64,000 bases of DNA from Escherichia phage dhabil, in the sequence record MN850621.1; one strand, 5' to 3'. The position numbers were made by a program, and so were the translations under genes. Positions 7,939 through 18,838 of this stretch are shown piece by piece. The notes under the pieces are model-generated. The model did not search any database. It was not told the origin of the DNA and was given only the letters and a program-made list of their open reading frames with translations. Numbering within the stretch: the stretch's first letter is position 1; every line of letters begins with the position of its first letter.

Positions 7939-8528
7939 TATTTTCTCATAGATGGATGCATAGACATACGAGCCACACGTTGTTCGGCATACGAATCAAT
8001 TTGTGGACGACCTGTAACTATTGTACCATCTATTTCTACAGCAAACGACTTGAAGTTGAATGTTGCCGTAGCGATTATAGCAGGGTCAGAATCTTCTTTA
8101 TACGAGTATTGGATTTCCGATAAGTCGGATGGCCAACCGCCGTAGTAATGAATGCTCATTACGATTTTCTGTTTGTTGTTATCAAGGATATGGAGGGTAA
8201 TCGCTTCAGGCAAGCCTTTAGGATGCCAGGCTTCGGATTCATGTGTTACATAGTTGTTTAATGATAGCATCCATTTATAAACGTCCATCCATGATTTCAG
8301 CTCACGGTCTACAAGAAAGTTTACAATCAAGGGGTCGAATTCTACTGTAGAACCTGGCAGCTTAGCACGATGTATGCCCTGGGTCGATCCGGGGACGTCT
8401 GAGATAGGAATATGGATACCCGGTAGTGTTACATCTTGTACGTTCAATTTGAATGACTGCGTCATTCCTGAGTCACTAACCTCTAAGATAAAGTTGGTAG
8501 TGTTAGTTTGGTTAAATAAACCGTTCAT
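7938..8528 (-). CDS. 3: gp3 tail completion / sheath stabiliser protein
   Basis: Synteny (1-3-2-4) and size; start could instead be the internal Met at 8465. Confidence 0.65.
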   Translation of the reverse strand: MNGLFNQTNTTNFILEVSDSGMTQSFKLNVQDVTLPGIHIPISDVPGSTQGIHRAKLPGSTVEFDPLIVNFLVDRELKSWMDVYKWMLSLNNYVTHESEAWHPKGLPEAITLHILDNNKQKIVMSIHYYGGWPSDLSEIQYSYKEDSDPAIIATATFNFKSFAVEIDGTIVTGRPQIDSYAEQRVARMSMHPSMRK

Positions 8529-8610
8529 AGGATTCCTATATTGCTTAAGTCCCAGACAGTGTATAATGGTCCTAGGTCTATTCCATTCAATAACTGGCTG
8601 GGATAATAGA

Positions 8611-9261
8611 TTATTTTATAAATTCACGTAATCTTACAGGTGTCATAAAAGGCCATTTGGCTATAGTTGGTTTTATCCAGTATCTTTCATGACATGTAGC
8701 TTTAAACGCCCGAACCATATCCTTGGCCTCTTCTATAGTATCCACACCAAATTGTTCACAAGTTTTCTTTCTGGCTTTATCCCATCTCCGTTTAGCAAGC
8801 TCTGCTTGGAGGTCTTTATTGGCAAAATGGCCATTATTCCTGTTATGTGTGGTTCCTTTAGTAGGGCTCCATCCTCGTCCCTTTACAAATCCTTTAGGGA
8901 CAGGTTCGTCTGGGAATAATTTAATACACTTATCACCGTTATTATAATAAACCTTTCCGGTTTGGGTAGCTGTAATATTCTCAGAATGTTTACGTTTAAG
9001 CCACCCATAAAGCTTATTAGAACGACGAGGACCTTGAGTCATTGTCATAGCTGCAAAAGTTAGTCCAGGATGGCCCGGATGTATTTTAACTAATAGTTGA
9101 TGTGCCAAATAATGTTCTTCAGGGGTTAAATCAACTAGGTTTGTAGATTCATCACCTCCACCCATACATCTAGGTAAGATATGATGAGACTCTGTATAGC
9201 AGGATAGTGCTCGTCCTTGAGCACGTTTAATTAATGAAGAATATATTTTCTGGTAATCCAT
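8611..9261 (-). CDS. HNH-family homing endonuclease (free-standing, about 216 aa)
   Basis: HNH motif ESHHILPRCMGGGDESTNLVDLTPEEHYLAH; ATG at 9259-9261 overlaps the gene 2 stop (TAATG); sits between genes 3 and 2, which I recall as adjacent in T4. Confidence 0.7.
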   Translation of the reverse strand: MDYQKIYSSLIKRAQGRALSCYTESHHILPRCMGGGDESTNLVDLTPEEHYLAHQLLVKIHPGHPGLTFAAMTMTQGPRRSNKLYGWLKRKHSENITATQTGKVYYNNGDKCIKLFPDEPVPKGFVKGRGWSPTKGTTHNRNNGHFANKDLQAELAKRRWDKARKKTCEQFGVDTIEEAKDMVRAFKATCHERYWIKPTIAKWPFMTPVRLREFIK

Positions 9262-10097
9262 TATGCGTTCTTCCAAACTTTCTGAGCACTGTAACGCTTA
9301 CCTTTAGACATAAACTGCTGAAGAGGAAGTAGGGTTACGTTAGCCCAATCAGAAGGTTTTATCTCTACTAAAGGTCCCTTGATATTTCCAGGGATATAAG
9401 CCTTAATCATCGCGTCAGCACCAGCAAATCCTTTTACCTTACTCCAATCAATTTTTAATTTGGTCGAGTTCGTAATGGTAGGCGTACTCGCGTATTGCTT
9501 CAGCAATTCTTCTAGAAATTGTTGGCGTGCTTTAGGCGGAATATAGTGTAAGTTCAACCCATACATCAGATTATGCTTACCGAGCCCAAGATAAATGATT
9601 AAAGGATATTTGTCCCAGTAGGGTAATGTGTCCTTGTGTTTAGCATCATAGATATAAGCATAAAGCTTACCAGGAGATGGTTTAGATACCTGGTGTCCAC
9701 GAATTCCTTTCTTTAATGTTTCTGTAAACCATTTAGCTGATTTATTGTTTACAGCAGCGCCTTCGTTAGCAATCTTATCACGAATACTCTTTCTAAAACT
9801 ATTCACCAAAATTAATTGACGTTCGGCTTTGGTCAATTTATTGCCAGGTTTCTTCTGAAGTTTTTCGACCTGTACGGCAGTTTTAATTCGACTCGAGTAT
9901 CGAGACATCGCAGATGTAAAGCTAGAATACTTAATGCCTTTATCTTCAGCGAATTTCTTAGACGAGACACCTTTGGCCTTAGCTTTGGCATATTCAACAC
10001 CTAAAGCTATCCATTGTTGCTCTGAACGAGTAGGCTTAGAACCTTTTGTGGTTTCAGTGGCCTCATTGATGTAGGAAAATATACTCATCCTTTCCAT
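9261..10097 (-). CDS. 2: gp2 DNA end protector protein
   Basis: Synteny and size (278 aa) consistent with T4 gp2. Confidence 0.7.
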   Translation of the reverse strand: MERMSIFSYINEATETTKGSKPTRSEQQWIALGVEYAKAKAKGVSSKKFAEDKGIKYSSFTSAMSRYSSRIKTAVQVEKLQKKPGNKLTKAERQLILVNSFRKSIRDKIANEGAAVNNKSAKWFTETLKKGIRGHQVSKPSPGKLYAYIYDAKHKDTLPYWDKYPLIIYLGLGKHNLMYGLNLHYIPPKARQQFLEELLKQYASTPTITNSTKLKIDWSKVKGFAGADAMIKAYIPGNIKGPLVEIKPSDWANVTLLPLQQFMSKGKRYSAQKVWKNA

Positions 10098-10534
10098 CCT
10101 AATTTTTTCAGTGAATGTTCGGTAATCAATCTAAAGTTGATACCCATTTTATCTGCGGTAGCTTTAGCGGCTTTCCACTTGTCACTATTCACAGACCAAG
10201 TATAATGTTCGTTAATATATCTCTTTTTAGCGGCAGTGGTCATTTTTACCGGAATCGCTGGAGGGTGGGTCTCTTTAAAAGGTTTGACTTCAAAAAAGAA
10301 TTGTTGACCATTATCAAACTTAACCCAGAAGTCCATATAATATCGACGTTTCTTTCCTTCAGCATTACAAAAATATGGAATCACAACCTCTTCTGAATTC
10401 CATTGGACTACATTAGGATGATTATCAAGCCATCTCATTAGCCATGCTTCCCAAGAGGAACGATATTGGATTTTCTTCCAGTCACCTTTATATTTTTGTA
10501 AGTTTGTAGGTTTAAATTTCCCTGAGTAAGCCAT
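10085..10534 (-). CDS. 4: gp4 head completion protein
   Basis: Synteny next to gene 53 and size (149 aa) consistent with T4 gp4. Confidence 0.7.
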   Translation of the reverse strand: MAYSGKFKPTNLQKYKGDWKKIQYRSSWEAWLMRWLDNHPNVVQWNSEEVVIPYFCNAEGKKRRYYMDFWVKFDNGQQFFFEVKPFKETHPPAIPVKMTTAAKKRYINEHYTWSVNSDKWKAAKATADKMGINFRLITEHSLKKLGWKG

Positions 10535-10545
10535 AGTTGCCTCCT

Positions 10546-10553
10546 TATAAATA
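10546..10553 (+). promoter_or_regulatory. T4-type late promoter TATAAATA
   Basis: Exact TATAAATA 28 nt upstream of the gene 53 ATG. Confidence 0.6.
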
Positions 10554-10580
10554 TTAATATTATTTATACTCGGAGGCCCT

Positions 10581-11183
10581 ATGCTCTTCTCATTTTTCGA
10601 TCCTATCGATTACGAATCAAAAACAGTCAAGCCGGATTCGGGCTCATTAACAAATGCCGATGTATTGAGCGTGCCGATGACTGATATATTTAGAAATTAT
10701 AAAGAATATTTTGATAAAGTGGCTAAAAATTATACACTAAAGACTTATTATATCAATGGGGCCCCTCGTCCAGAAGAATTGGCCCATCTTCTTTATGGCA
10801 ATGTCCAATTATATTGGGTTCTACTTATGTGCAACAATATATATGACCCTTATTATGGATGGATTACCGGGCAAGAAGCAGCATATCAAGCGGCAATCCA
10901 AAGATATTCTACCGACGGCGGAAACCAGGTCCTTTACCATGTAAACGAAAAAGGTGAGAAATTCTGGAATCTTGTCAACACACCGGAAAATCCGTATACT
11001 TGGTATGATAAAGGCGATACAGAAAAACGTTATCCTCAATACGAAGGTCCATTAGCCGCAGTAGATATTTACGAGGATGCCATTCGTAAAAATGAATATA
11101 AGCGCGAAATAAAGATTATTGACCCTAATGATATTGAGTCTTTTATTTCTGCCCTTATTCGTGAAATGGAGAAAGCCCTCTAA
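10581..11183 (+). CDS. 53: gp53 baseplate wedge protein
   Basis: Synteny directly upstream of gene 5 (TAATG coupling) and size (200 aa). Confidence 0.75.
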   Translation: MLFSFFDPIDYESKTVKPDSGSLTNADVLSVPMTDIFRNYKEYFDKVAKNYTLKTYYINGAPRPEELAHLLYGNVQLYWVLLMCNNIYDPYYGWITGQEAAYQAAIQRYSTDGGNQVLYHVNEKGEKFWNLVNTPENPYTWYDKGDTEKRYPQYEGPLAAVDIYEDAIRKNEYKREIKIIDPNDIESFISALIREMEKAL

Positions 11184-12925
11184 TGATTAACATGTCTGAT
11201 AACGTAAGTTGGTTCGTCGGTGTAGTTGAAGACCGAATGGACCCACTCCAACAAGGTCGTGTACGCGTACGCGTATGGGGTATGCACCCGTATGAAAAAG
11301 TACAGGGCCCTGTAAAAGGCCTTCGTACGGAAGATTTACCATGGATGTCGGTATTAATGCCTACATCTTCTGCCTCTGTTTCCGGTATCCAAACCGCTAT
11401 GACTGGTATGGTCCCTGGTACACAAGTTTATGGCCATTTTCTTGATAAGTGGAAATTAAACGGGCTTGTCCTTGGTACGTACGGTTCAGCATCAAAACAA
11501 AAGGCAAATCCAAACGAAGGTTTTAGTGACCCTACAGGGCAGTATCCGCTTTATTTAGGTAATGATGCCGCTGCACTAAACCGAGGTGGTGAAGTTGGAT
11601 ATGATGCCACTTCTAACGTAATACAAGATGCAAACACTGATGTAGGTATTAATCCTGACGGTTTGGATTTAAGCCAAGTTAAGCCTGATGATAATCCTAA
11701 TTTCACAATAGAAAACATGCTTCATCGTGATGAAGGGCTTAGACTGAAGGTATATTGGGACACCGAAGGATACCCTACTATTGGTATAGGCCACCTTATT
11801 ACTCCACAACCTATTAGAGATATGACCCAGATAAACAAAATATTATCTAATCAAATAGGTCGAGAAGTTAAAGGTAATCCAGGTGCAATATCAATGGACG
11901 AGGCTTCTAAGTTATTCCAGGAAGACCTTAAAAAAGTTCAAAACGATATAGGTAGGCATAGTGTTGTAGGTCCGGTTTACAATAAAGAAAACCGTTCAAG
12001 ACAAATGGCTCTTGAAAACATGGCTTTCCAAATGGGTTTAGGTGGACTTGCTAAATTCCGTGGTATGCTCAGTGCTATGTTAATAGGCGATTATAAAAAG
12101 GCATTTGAGGAAGCTCGTAATTCAGTATGGTTTAACCAAACTAAGGGACGTGCCTCAAGGGTATCAATGATTATCCTTACCGGTAATATGGAATCATACG
12201 GTATTATGGCCCCTAAAGAAAGAGAATTTAATGGCCGTTCTTATAGGATGATTCAAACCTTTGCAGCCCCTACAAATTCAGACCCAGCCGACCCATGGAC
12301 TCCAGAAGATACAAGGATTCTTTTTAAAGAGCCGGATTCCAGTTATAAAGGCGAATATCCATATGTCCAAACCATGCAAACTGAAGGTGGGCATATCCAA
12401 GAATTCGATAACACACCAGGGCAAGAACGTTACCGATTAATTCACCCTACAGGTAGTTATGAAGAAGTTGCTCCTGATGGACGTAAAACTTCTAAGACCG
12501 TAGCCGACGGATATTATATGACCCAAGGCGATTCTAATACTTATGTTGGCGGTAATAATAAAGTCAATATAGGTGGTGATGAAACCTATTATAATATGGC
12601 AAACGTTCGACGTCAAACTGACGGTTCTGAAAGCATCCATATTCGTGGTAACGAAACCAAAACGGTAGAAGGCGACGGAACCCTTATTGTTAAAGGAAAT
12701 GTTACGGTTATTGTTGAAGGCAATGCTGATATAACTGTTAAAGGTGATGCAAAAACATTAGTTGAAGGCAACCATGATTATACAGTAAATGGAAACGTTA
12801 AATGGTCGGTAAACGGAAACGTTGATATGACCGTTGCTGGTAATTGGTCTGAAACTATGTCGACTATGAGTTCTATTGCATCCGGTCAATATACTATTGA
12901 TGGTTCGAGGATTGACATTGGCTAA
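11183..12925 (+). CDS. 5: gp5 baseplate hub / cell-puncturing protein with lysozyme domain
   Basis: Lysozyme block DEGLRLKVYWDTEGYPTIGIGHLI; C-terminal VxGxxxV beta-helix repeats; 580 aa. Confidence 0.9.
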   Translation: MINMSDNVSWFVGVVEDRMDPLQQGRVRVRVWGMHPYEKVQGPVKGLRTEDLPWMSVLMPTSSASVSGIQTAMTGMVPGTQVYGHFLDKWKLNGLVLGTYGSASKQKANPNEGFSDPTGQYPLYLGNDAAALNRGGEVGYDATSNVIQDANTDVGINPDGLDLSQVKPDDNPNFTIENMLHRDEGLRLKVYWDTEGYPTIGIGHLITPQPIRDMTQINKILSNQIGREVKGNPGAISMDEASKLFQEDLKKVQNDIGRHSVVGPVYNKENRSRQMALENMAFQMGLGGLAKFRGMLSAMLIGDYKKAFEEARNSVWFNQTKGRASRVSMIILTGNMESYGIMAPKEREFNGRSYRMIQTFAAPTNSDPADPWTPEDTRILFKEPDSSYKGEYPYVQTMQTEGGHIQEFDNTPGQERYRLIHPTGSYEEVAPDGRKTSKTVADGYYMTQGDSNTYVGGNNKVNIGGDETYYNMANVRRQTDGSESIHIRGNETKTVEGDGTLIVKGNVTVIVEGNADITVKGDAKTLVEGNHDYTVNGNVKWSVNGNVDMTVAGNWSETMSTMSSIASGQYTIDGSRIDIG

Positions 12926-12935
12926 TATTTTACCT

Positions 12936-13457
12936 ATGAGCACTGATTTAGGAGACTCCATGGAAGGAGCCTCAATCGATGTTACGTTTACCGCTCAATT
13001 AGAAACAAACGAAACATTAGTTGAAATAAATATAACAGAATATGAGCCAACAGAAGGCATTATTGTCGATGGGGCTCGTTTATACGGAACCTATGAATCG
13101 GTATTTGGATTCTCTGAAGATGCGTTAAAATATCGATTAGGTGATGAATTTAAAACAGCAGGTTCATGGAAAGATTTACCAGAGGACAAGAGCACTCAAT
13201 TATACCTCTGGAAAGCCCCTGGTAATCTTCAGAAGACTTTTTCCTATACTGTCACATTAATCTATGACTTTCAGGAAGAGTCATCAGGAGGTGATACAGG
13301 GAGCTCAGGAGGAAGTAATTCTAGAGCCGGTAGCGAAACCGACCCTCCTCCAGCACCAGTAAGAAAAACCCTTACTAAGGTTTATACCAAGGTTATAGTG
13401 GGTAATTGGAGCAAATGGGCTAATCAACTCAGAGAATATGTATATGCGAGGCCATAA
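12936..13457 (+). CDS. 5.1: gp5.1-like protein
   Basis: ORF between 5 and 5.4; start set at first ATG after the gene 5 stop (alternative ATG at 12960 has RBS AGGAGA). Confidence 0.55.
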   Translation: MSTDLGDSMEGASIDVTFTAQLETNETLVEINITEYEPTEGIIVDGARLYGTYESVFGFSEDALKYRLGDEFKTAGSWKDLPEDKSTQLYLWKAPGNLQKTFSYTVTLIYDFQEESSGGDTGSSGGSNSRAGSETDPPPAPVRKTLTKVYTKVIVGNWSKWANQLREYVYARP

Positions 13458-13750
13458 TGTCGGGCTTAAGTTATAACCAATGCGTAACCGCAGGTCATGA
13501 AGCATGGCCTCCTACAGTAATAAATGCCACCCAGGGTAAAGTATTTACAGGCGGCATTCCTGTATTAGTCGATGGGGACCCAATAACTCCTCATACAGAA
13601 ATTAAAAAACCATATGAAACCCACGGTGGGGTAACCCAACCTAGAACATCAAAGGTATATGTTACAGGCAAAAAGGCTGTCCAGATGGCAGACCCTATTT
13701 CGTGCGGTGATACAGTCGCACAAGCCTCATCTAAAGTATTCATAAAATAG
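13457..13750 (+). CDS. 5.4: gp5.4 PAAR-type spike-tip protein
   Basis: 97-aa protein between 5.1 and 6, matching size and position of T4 gp5.4. Confidence 0.7.
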   Translation: MSGLSYNQCVTAGHEAWPPTVINATQGKVFTGGIPVLVDGDPITPHTEIKKPYETHGGVTQPRTSKVYVTGKKAVQMADPISCGDTVAQASSKVFIK

Positions 13751-13758
13751 GAATTAAA

Positions 13759-15717
13759 ATGGCTACTCCTACGAATTACCAATTAACAAGAACCGTTAAC
13801 GCTATCCCAAAAGTATTTGTGGGAGCTACGTTTGAAGAAATTAAAAAGAATATTATAGACTGGCTTTCCAGCCAGGACGAATTTAAGGATTATGATTTCG
13901 TTGGTTCTCGAATGAATATCCTTATTGATATGCTTGCTTATAATACCCTTTATATGCAGCAATTTGCTAACACAGCTTTATACGAATCTTTTATAGGAAC
14001 AGCAAACCTTCGTTCTTCTGTTGTCCAAGCTGCACAAGACAATGGATATCTCCCTAGTTCTAAGTCTGCAGCTAAAACTACGGTAATGCTCACATGCACG
14101 CAAGCCCTTAATGAAAAGAATATTCGTATCCCTAGAGGTACCAAATTCTTGGCTTATGCACGTGATACATCAGCAGACCCATATTCTTTTGTGACAACTG
14201 ATAACGTTATCGCAGTGCGAGACGTTAATAATCAGTATTGGCCTATTGTTTCTTTGGCCCAGGGACGTATTATTCGTACTGAACTTAAATATGACCCTAA
14301 AACTCCTATTCTTATTCGTGACCCTGATATTGATAGACAAGAAGTTAGACTTTACGTTGATGGCGCAGAATGGATTAACTGGACCAATAAATCAATGGTC
14401 CACGCTGGCAGTACTTCAACAATTTATTATATGCGTGAAACCGTAGATGGTAATACAGAATTCTTCTTTGGTGAGGGTGAAGCCGAGAAATCTGTTGCGG
14501 GTGGAGTATTGGAAGCTAATTATATCGGCGGCCTAAAACCTGTTAAAGATTCTACTATCGTCATCGAATATCTTCGTACAGATGGTGAAGTTGCTAACGG
14601 TGCGGTGGACTTCAGTTATGCTGACTCCTTGGCTTATATTACTGTAGAAAAAATTACTGAAAACTATAACGACGACCCTGATTATGTGGGTGCTGATGGT
14701 GGTGGCGACCCTGAAGATATTGAACGAATCCGTGAATTGGCTGTAGTTAAGCGTGAAGCCCAGATGCGTGCTGTAACAGGAACCGACTACGATACATTCG
14801 TATCCGAACGTTTTGGTTCTATCGTGCAAGCAGTACAAACCTTTACAGACCCAAATAAACCCGGTTATGCTTTTGTCACCATTAAACCTAAATCAGGGCT
14901 ATATTTGACCGCGGTCCAACGTGAAGATATCCAAGACTATCTAAAAGAATTTAACTTAGCCCCTATTACCGCTTCTGTTATTTCTCCCGATTATTTGTTC
15001 TTAAAGCATAAAATTAAGGTATCGTATGCCTTGAATAAATTACAGGAATCTGAACAGTGGTTATCGGCCCAAATTCTTTCTCAGATAGACCGTTATTATA
15101 TTAACGAAGTAGAAATTTTTAACCACGGATTCGCTAAGTCAAAAATGCTGACTTATATTGATAATGCTGACCATAGTATTTTAGGCTCCTCTGCTACCAT
15201 AACAATGGTTCGTGAGGTATTGAACTTTTTCAAAACTCCTGAGTCAGGTATTAAATACTATAATCAATACACTAACCGTTCTGTGGTTTCTAGTGAATTT
15301 GAGTTTGTCCCTACTAACGTTTCTGAAGACCACCCGGCATATAATGTACGAATTGCCGCTACAGATAAAGACGAACGTGGTGATGGTAAAATGGTTATTG
15401 GGCCTTTCCGTCCAGGAGATGTAATTGAAAACCAATATATTAAACCATATACAGGAAATGACTTTGATAAAATGCCTGCTCCTGCAGACCAATCCGTTTA
15501 TTACGTTATAGGTGAAATCGATTATTATTCAGATTTCATTTTCTGGGACATCGCGGCTATTGGTTTAACGTCCGACCGTTTTGAAGTTCAATCTATAGAA
15601 CTTTATGCGGGACCTGACCAAGATAACATCTTTACAAAAGATGGTTCATTAATCGTATTTGAAGATGACCTCCGCCCTCAATACACGACCATTGAATTAG
15701 AACCTATTACAATATAA
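13759..15717 (+). CDS. 6: gp6 baseplate wedge protein
   Basis: Synteny and size (652 aa). Confidence 0.8.
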   Translation: MATPTNYQLTRTVNAIPKVFVGATFEEIKKNIIDWLSSQDEFKDYDFVGSRMNILIDMLAYNTLYMQQFANTALYESFIGTANLRSSVVQAAQDNGYLPSSKSAAKTTVMLTCTQALNEKNIRIPRGTKFLAYARDTSADPYSFVTTDNVIAVRDVNNQYWPIVSLAQGRIIRTELKYDPKTPILIRDPDIDRQEVRLYVDGAEWINWTNKSMVHAGSTSTIYYMRETVDGNTEFFFGEGEAEKSVAGGVLEANYIGGLKPVKDSTIVIEYLRTDGEVANGAVDFSYADSLAYITVEKITENYNDDPDYVGADGGGDPEDIERIRELAVVKREAQMRAVTGTDYDTFVSERFGSIVQAVQTFTDPNKPGYAFVTIKPKSGLYLTAVQREDIQDYLKEFNLAPITASVISPDYLFLKHKIKVSYALNKLQESEQWLSAQILSQIDRYYINEVEIFNHGFAKSKMLTYIDNADHSILGSSATITMVREVLNFFKTPESGIKYYNQYTNRSVVSSEFEFVPTNVSEDHPAYNVRIAATDKDERGDGKMVIGPFRPGDVIENQYIKPYTGNDFDKMPAPADQSVYYVIGEIDYYSDFIFWDIAAIGLTSDRFEVQSIELYAGPDQDNIFTKDGSLIVFEDDLRPQYTTIELEPITI

Positions 15718-15745
15718 GCCTCTTAGGAGGCTTTGAGGAGATTTA

Positions 15746-18700
15746 ATGTCTGTGCAAGCGCCTTCCGTTACTAGTTTGAGAATTGATAAACTCTCGGCTA
15801 ACCATGTAAGTATTCTTTGGGATGACGTAGGCGCCAATTTCTATTATTTCGTAGAACTGGCCCAAACCAAGGATGCGGGTGAATCTATACCCGATGATAA
15901 GTTATTTTGGAGAAATTTAGGTTACACCCCGAACAATAACTGGTTCGAAGAAAGATTTATTTCTCCTAATTCGTTTTATAAAATGCGTGTCGCTGTAGCT
16001 GCTCAAGGATTTGAACAATCTGAATGGGTTTATACAGAAGAATTCGAGACATTTTCTACCAACGCATATACCTTCGAGCATATGCGAGAATTCACTTTAT
16101 CCAATAAATTCATTGAAGAAAAATTTACCAAAAATAACCAGAATTACGTGGATTTTAATAGTGATGCCATTATGGCTTCTATGATGACAGAGGATTTTAC
16201 TTGGACTCCATCGTATTCTCACCTTTCTTCAATTTCTAATTATGTATTAAAGGCTGACCGCTTTCATGAGATTCAAGGAAGTATTCAAGCCGTATGTAAG
16301 GACCCTAATCGTTCCATTTTAATGGAGCTTGGTGGTGTACTTTATCTTTTAGAAAGATTTCAGAACACTGCTAAGGTATCTAATGACAAAGCTCAAAACT
16401 GGCACTATATTCGTTTGTTTAATGACCGAGTAGGTAACCCGGTTTCACGTACGGCCCATTACCAAACGGACACCACAACTTATGTTTTAGGTTATGACCG
16501 TATATTTTACGGACGTAAATCGAGCGATATCAGATGGTCTGCTGACGATGTACGTTTTAGCTCACAAGACGTGACATTTGCTAAAATTGGTAGTGATATC
16601 GACCTTGATTTTGAAATTGAAATTTTTGGTTCTTATGCCCGTTTACCATTAGCTATTTCTACTATAGCAGAGGCAATGTGTGCTTCGGATGATTTTATTT
16701 ACGTGGCTGCTAGAGACAGAGTTTATAAAGCAAAAACCACCGATGCGCCTATTGATACCGACCCAGGTTCTCCTACTTATGGTGAAAAAATATTTGAAAG
16801 TGGATATTCGACCATAACCGGCAACCCTAAAGCAGTTTGTTATAAATTGGACTCTATTCAAGGAAATACTTTTGCCTTAATTACGGGTGAAGTTAAAGAA
16901 GAAAGAATGGACCCTACTAAAGAAGAAAACGTGGTTGATTCTGAATCTAAAGGCGTTTATTGGTTGGATGCTGAAACTGATACATGGACCAGAGTATTTG
17001 GTAATACTGAAGAAGAGAGACGTCGTATTGAGCATGGTTATACCAGCATGTCTACAGACGGTGAAGAAATATTCTTTAGCTCAAGTAACTTCAAATACGA
17101 GGTGGAAGTTGACAACGAATTGCCTTTAGAATACCCTATCGTGGCTTCTGCCGTAAAATACGTTAAGGATGAGCAGTGGATTCATGATAAACATTATCTG
17201 ATGATGAGCTTTAGAGCCAACAGTAAATCAGATTTTAAAGAATTCAAACCTGGCCGAATGGCTTATTACGCCGAACCATTCTTTAGTTGGTCTAGACGCG
17301 ATGGAACCCGCTCTTGGATTACCACAAGTAATCATGCGATGGTAGTTTATAACGATGCATTATATCAGAAAATTATTGATTTAAACAGTGGTTCTTCTCC
17401 AGAGCGTATTATCCGTGAAATTTGGGATAAAGGCTTTTGTACCGTAACATGCCCTAACATTGAATTCAGCGGATTTAAAAAATATTCTTCAGGTATTATG
17501 ATTCACAAATCATCAGGTGAATTGGTAGGATATTTCGAGTTCGATTATCGAGTTCGAGATGAAGTTAGAATAATTTGGAAGCCTAAAGAAATAATGTTTA
17601 CCGCAGAGCTCCAAAACCAAGAGCATGAAATCCCATGGACCCCTAAAGAAGAAACAGGTGAACAAGACCCTGATTTGCGTCCTTTATTGGTTAAAATGGT
17701 CCCTGATAGTTATTTGCTTCAAGATTCTAACTTTGAAAAATTCTGCGAATATTATCTTCAGTTTATTAGTGATGGCTCTGGCACTCATTATAATAACCTA
17801 TTAAATCTTATTCGTAACCAATATCCTCGTGAAGAAGACTCGTGGGAATATTTGTGGTCCGAAATCTATAAACGTAATATCTACCTGTCTAAAGAAAAGC
17901 GCGACGAAGTGGTTCGTTTCTTCCAGGCTCGTCAATCGGATTTCTGGTCTACAAAAGGTACCGAGGCTTCTTATAAGTTCCTGTTTAAATTGCTTTATAA
18001 CGAAGATGTCGAAATTGATATAGAGTCTAAGAACTCTATTGAATATGATATCATTGTAGAATCCGATAACATCAGTGAAGATATTGTCGGCCAAACAATT
18101 TATACCCCTACAGGAAGAAGTAATGTTACTTATATAGAACGAAATTATAAAGATGGTAAATTGCAATGGCGTTTAACCATTCATAATCTTTTAGGTCGTT
18201 TTATAGTGGGTCAAGAGATTAAATCTGAACGCACATCATTTAAAGGTATGATAGTGCAGGGTGTACGCGGTAAAGAATTGTTAAGTAACAATATCGATTA
18301 TATTAACCGCAACCGTTCTTATTATGTTATGACTATTAAATCCAACCTCCCTACTTCTCGATATCGTAATGATGTATTGAGATTTGTCCACCCTGTAGGA
18401 TTTGGTTTTATAGGGATTACGTTGCTTTCTATGTTTGTTAACGTCGGTTTGACATTAAAGCACACGGAAACCATTATTAATATACTTAAGAACTATAAGT
18501 GGGACTCAGGTCTTCCATCTGAATGGTATGATAGAGTTGCTGTAATCGGATTTGATGGTAATATAGAACGAGACCCTAGAACAGGGCTCCCGGTTTATAA
18601 CGTTGGACCTAAAGCAGGTGAACCGTTTGATATTCCTGCTGATTATGACGCAGAAAATGATTTCTCTGTATTCCAAGGCCAATTACCTCATGAACGTATT

Positions 18701-18838
18701 AAAAAGCATAGTCCTTTATTTGACCAAAGTGCAGTAACATTTTCAAAATGGCGTGCTTTAGTTGATGACAGACTTAAAGCTGATATAGGAAACCCTAGAG
18801 ACCCGCAAGACCCAACTCAGGTAAAAATTGATGATTAA
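15746..18838 (+). CDS. 7: gp7 baseplate wedge protein
   Basis: Synteny and size (1030 aa). Confidence 0.8.
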   Translation: MSVQAPSVTSLRIDKLSANHVSILWDDVGANFYYFVELAQTKDAGESIPDDKLFWRNLGYTPNNNWFEERFISPNSFYKMRVAVAAQGFEQSEWVYTEEFETFSTNAYTFEHMREFTLSNKFIEEKFTKNNQNYVDFNSDAIMASMMTEDFTWTPSYSHLSSISNYVLKADRFHEIQGSIQAVCKDPNRSILMELGGVLYLLERFQNTAKVSNDKAQNWHYIRLFNDRVGNPVSRTAHYQTDTTTYVLGYDRIFYGRKSSDIRWSADDVRFSSQDVTFAKIGSDIDLDFEIEIFGSYARLPLAISTIAEAMCASDDFIYVAARDRVYKAKTTDAPIDTDPGSPTYGEKIFESGYSTITGNPKAVCYKLDSIQGNTFALITGEVKEERMDPTKEENVVDSESKGVYWLDAETDTWTRVFGNTEEERRRIEHGYTSMSTDGEEIFFSSSNFKYEVEVDNELPLEYPIVASAVKYVKDEQWIHDKHYLMMSFRANSKSDFKEFKPGRMAYYAEPFFSWSRRDGTRSWITTSNHAMVVYNDALYQKIIDLNSGSSPERIIREIWDKGFCTVTCPNIEFSGFKKYSSGIMIHKSSGELVGYFEFDYRVRDEVRIIWKPKEIMFTAELQNQEHEIPWTPKEETGEQDPDLRPLLVKMVPDSYLLQDSNFEKFCEYYLQFISDGSGTHYNNLLNLIRNQYPREEDSWEYLWSEIYKRNIYLSKEKRDEVVRFFQARQSDFWSTKGTEASYKFLFKLLYNEDVEIDIESKNSIEYDIIVESDNISEDIVGQTIYTPTGRSNVTYIERNYKDGKLQWRLTIHNLLGRFIVGQEIKSERTSFKGMIVQGVRGKELLSNNIDYINRNRSYYVMTIKSNLPTSRYRNDVLRFVHPVGFGFIGITLLSMFVNVGLTLKHTETIINILKNYKWDSGLPSEWYDRVAVIGFDGNIERDPRTGLPVYNVGPKAGEPFDIPADYDAENDFSVFQGQLPHERIKKHSPLFDQSAVTFSKWRALVDDRLKADIGNPRDPQDPTQVKIDD

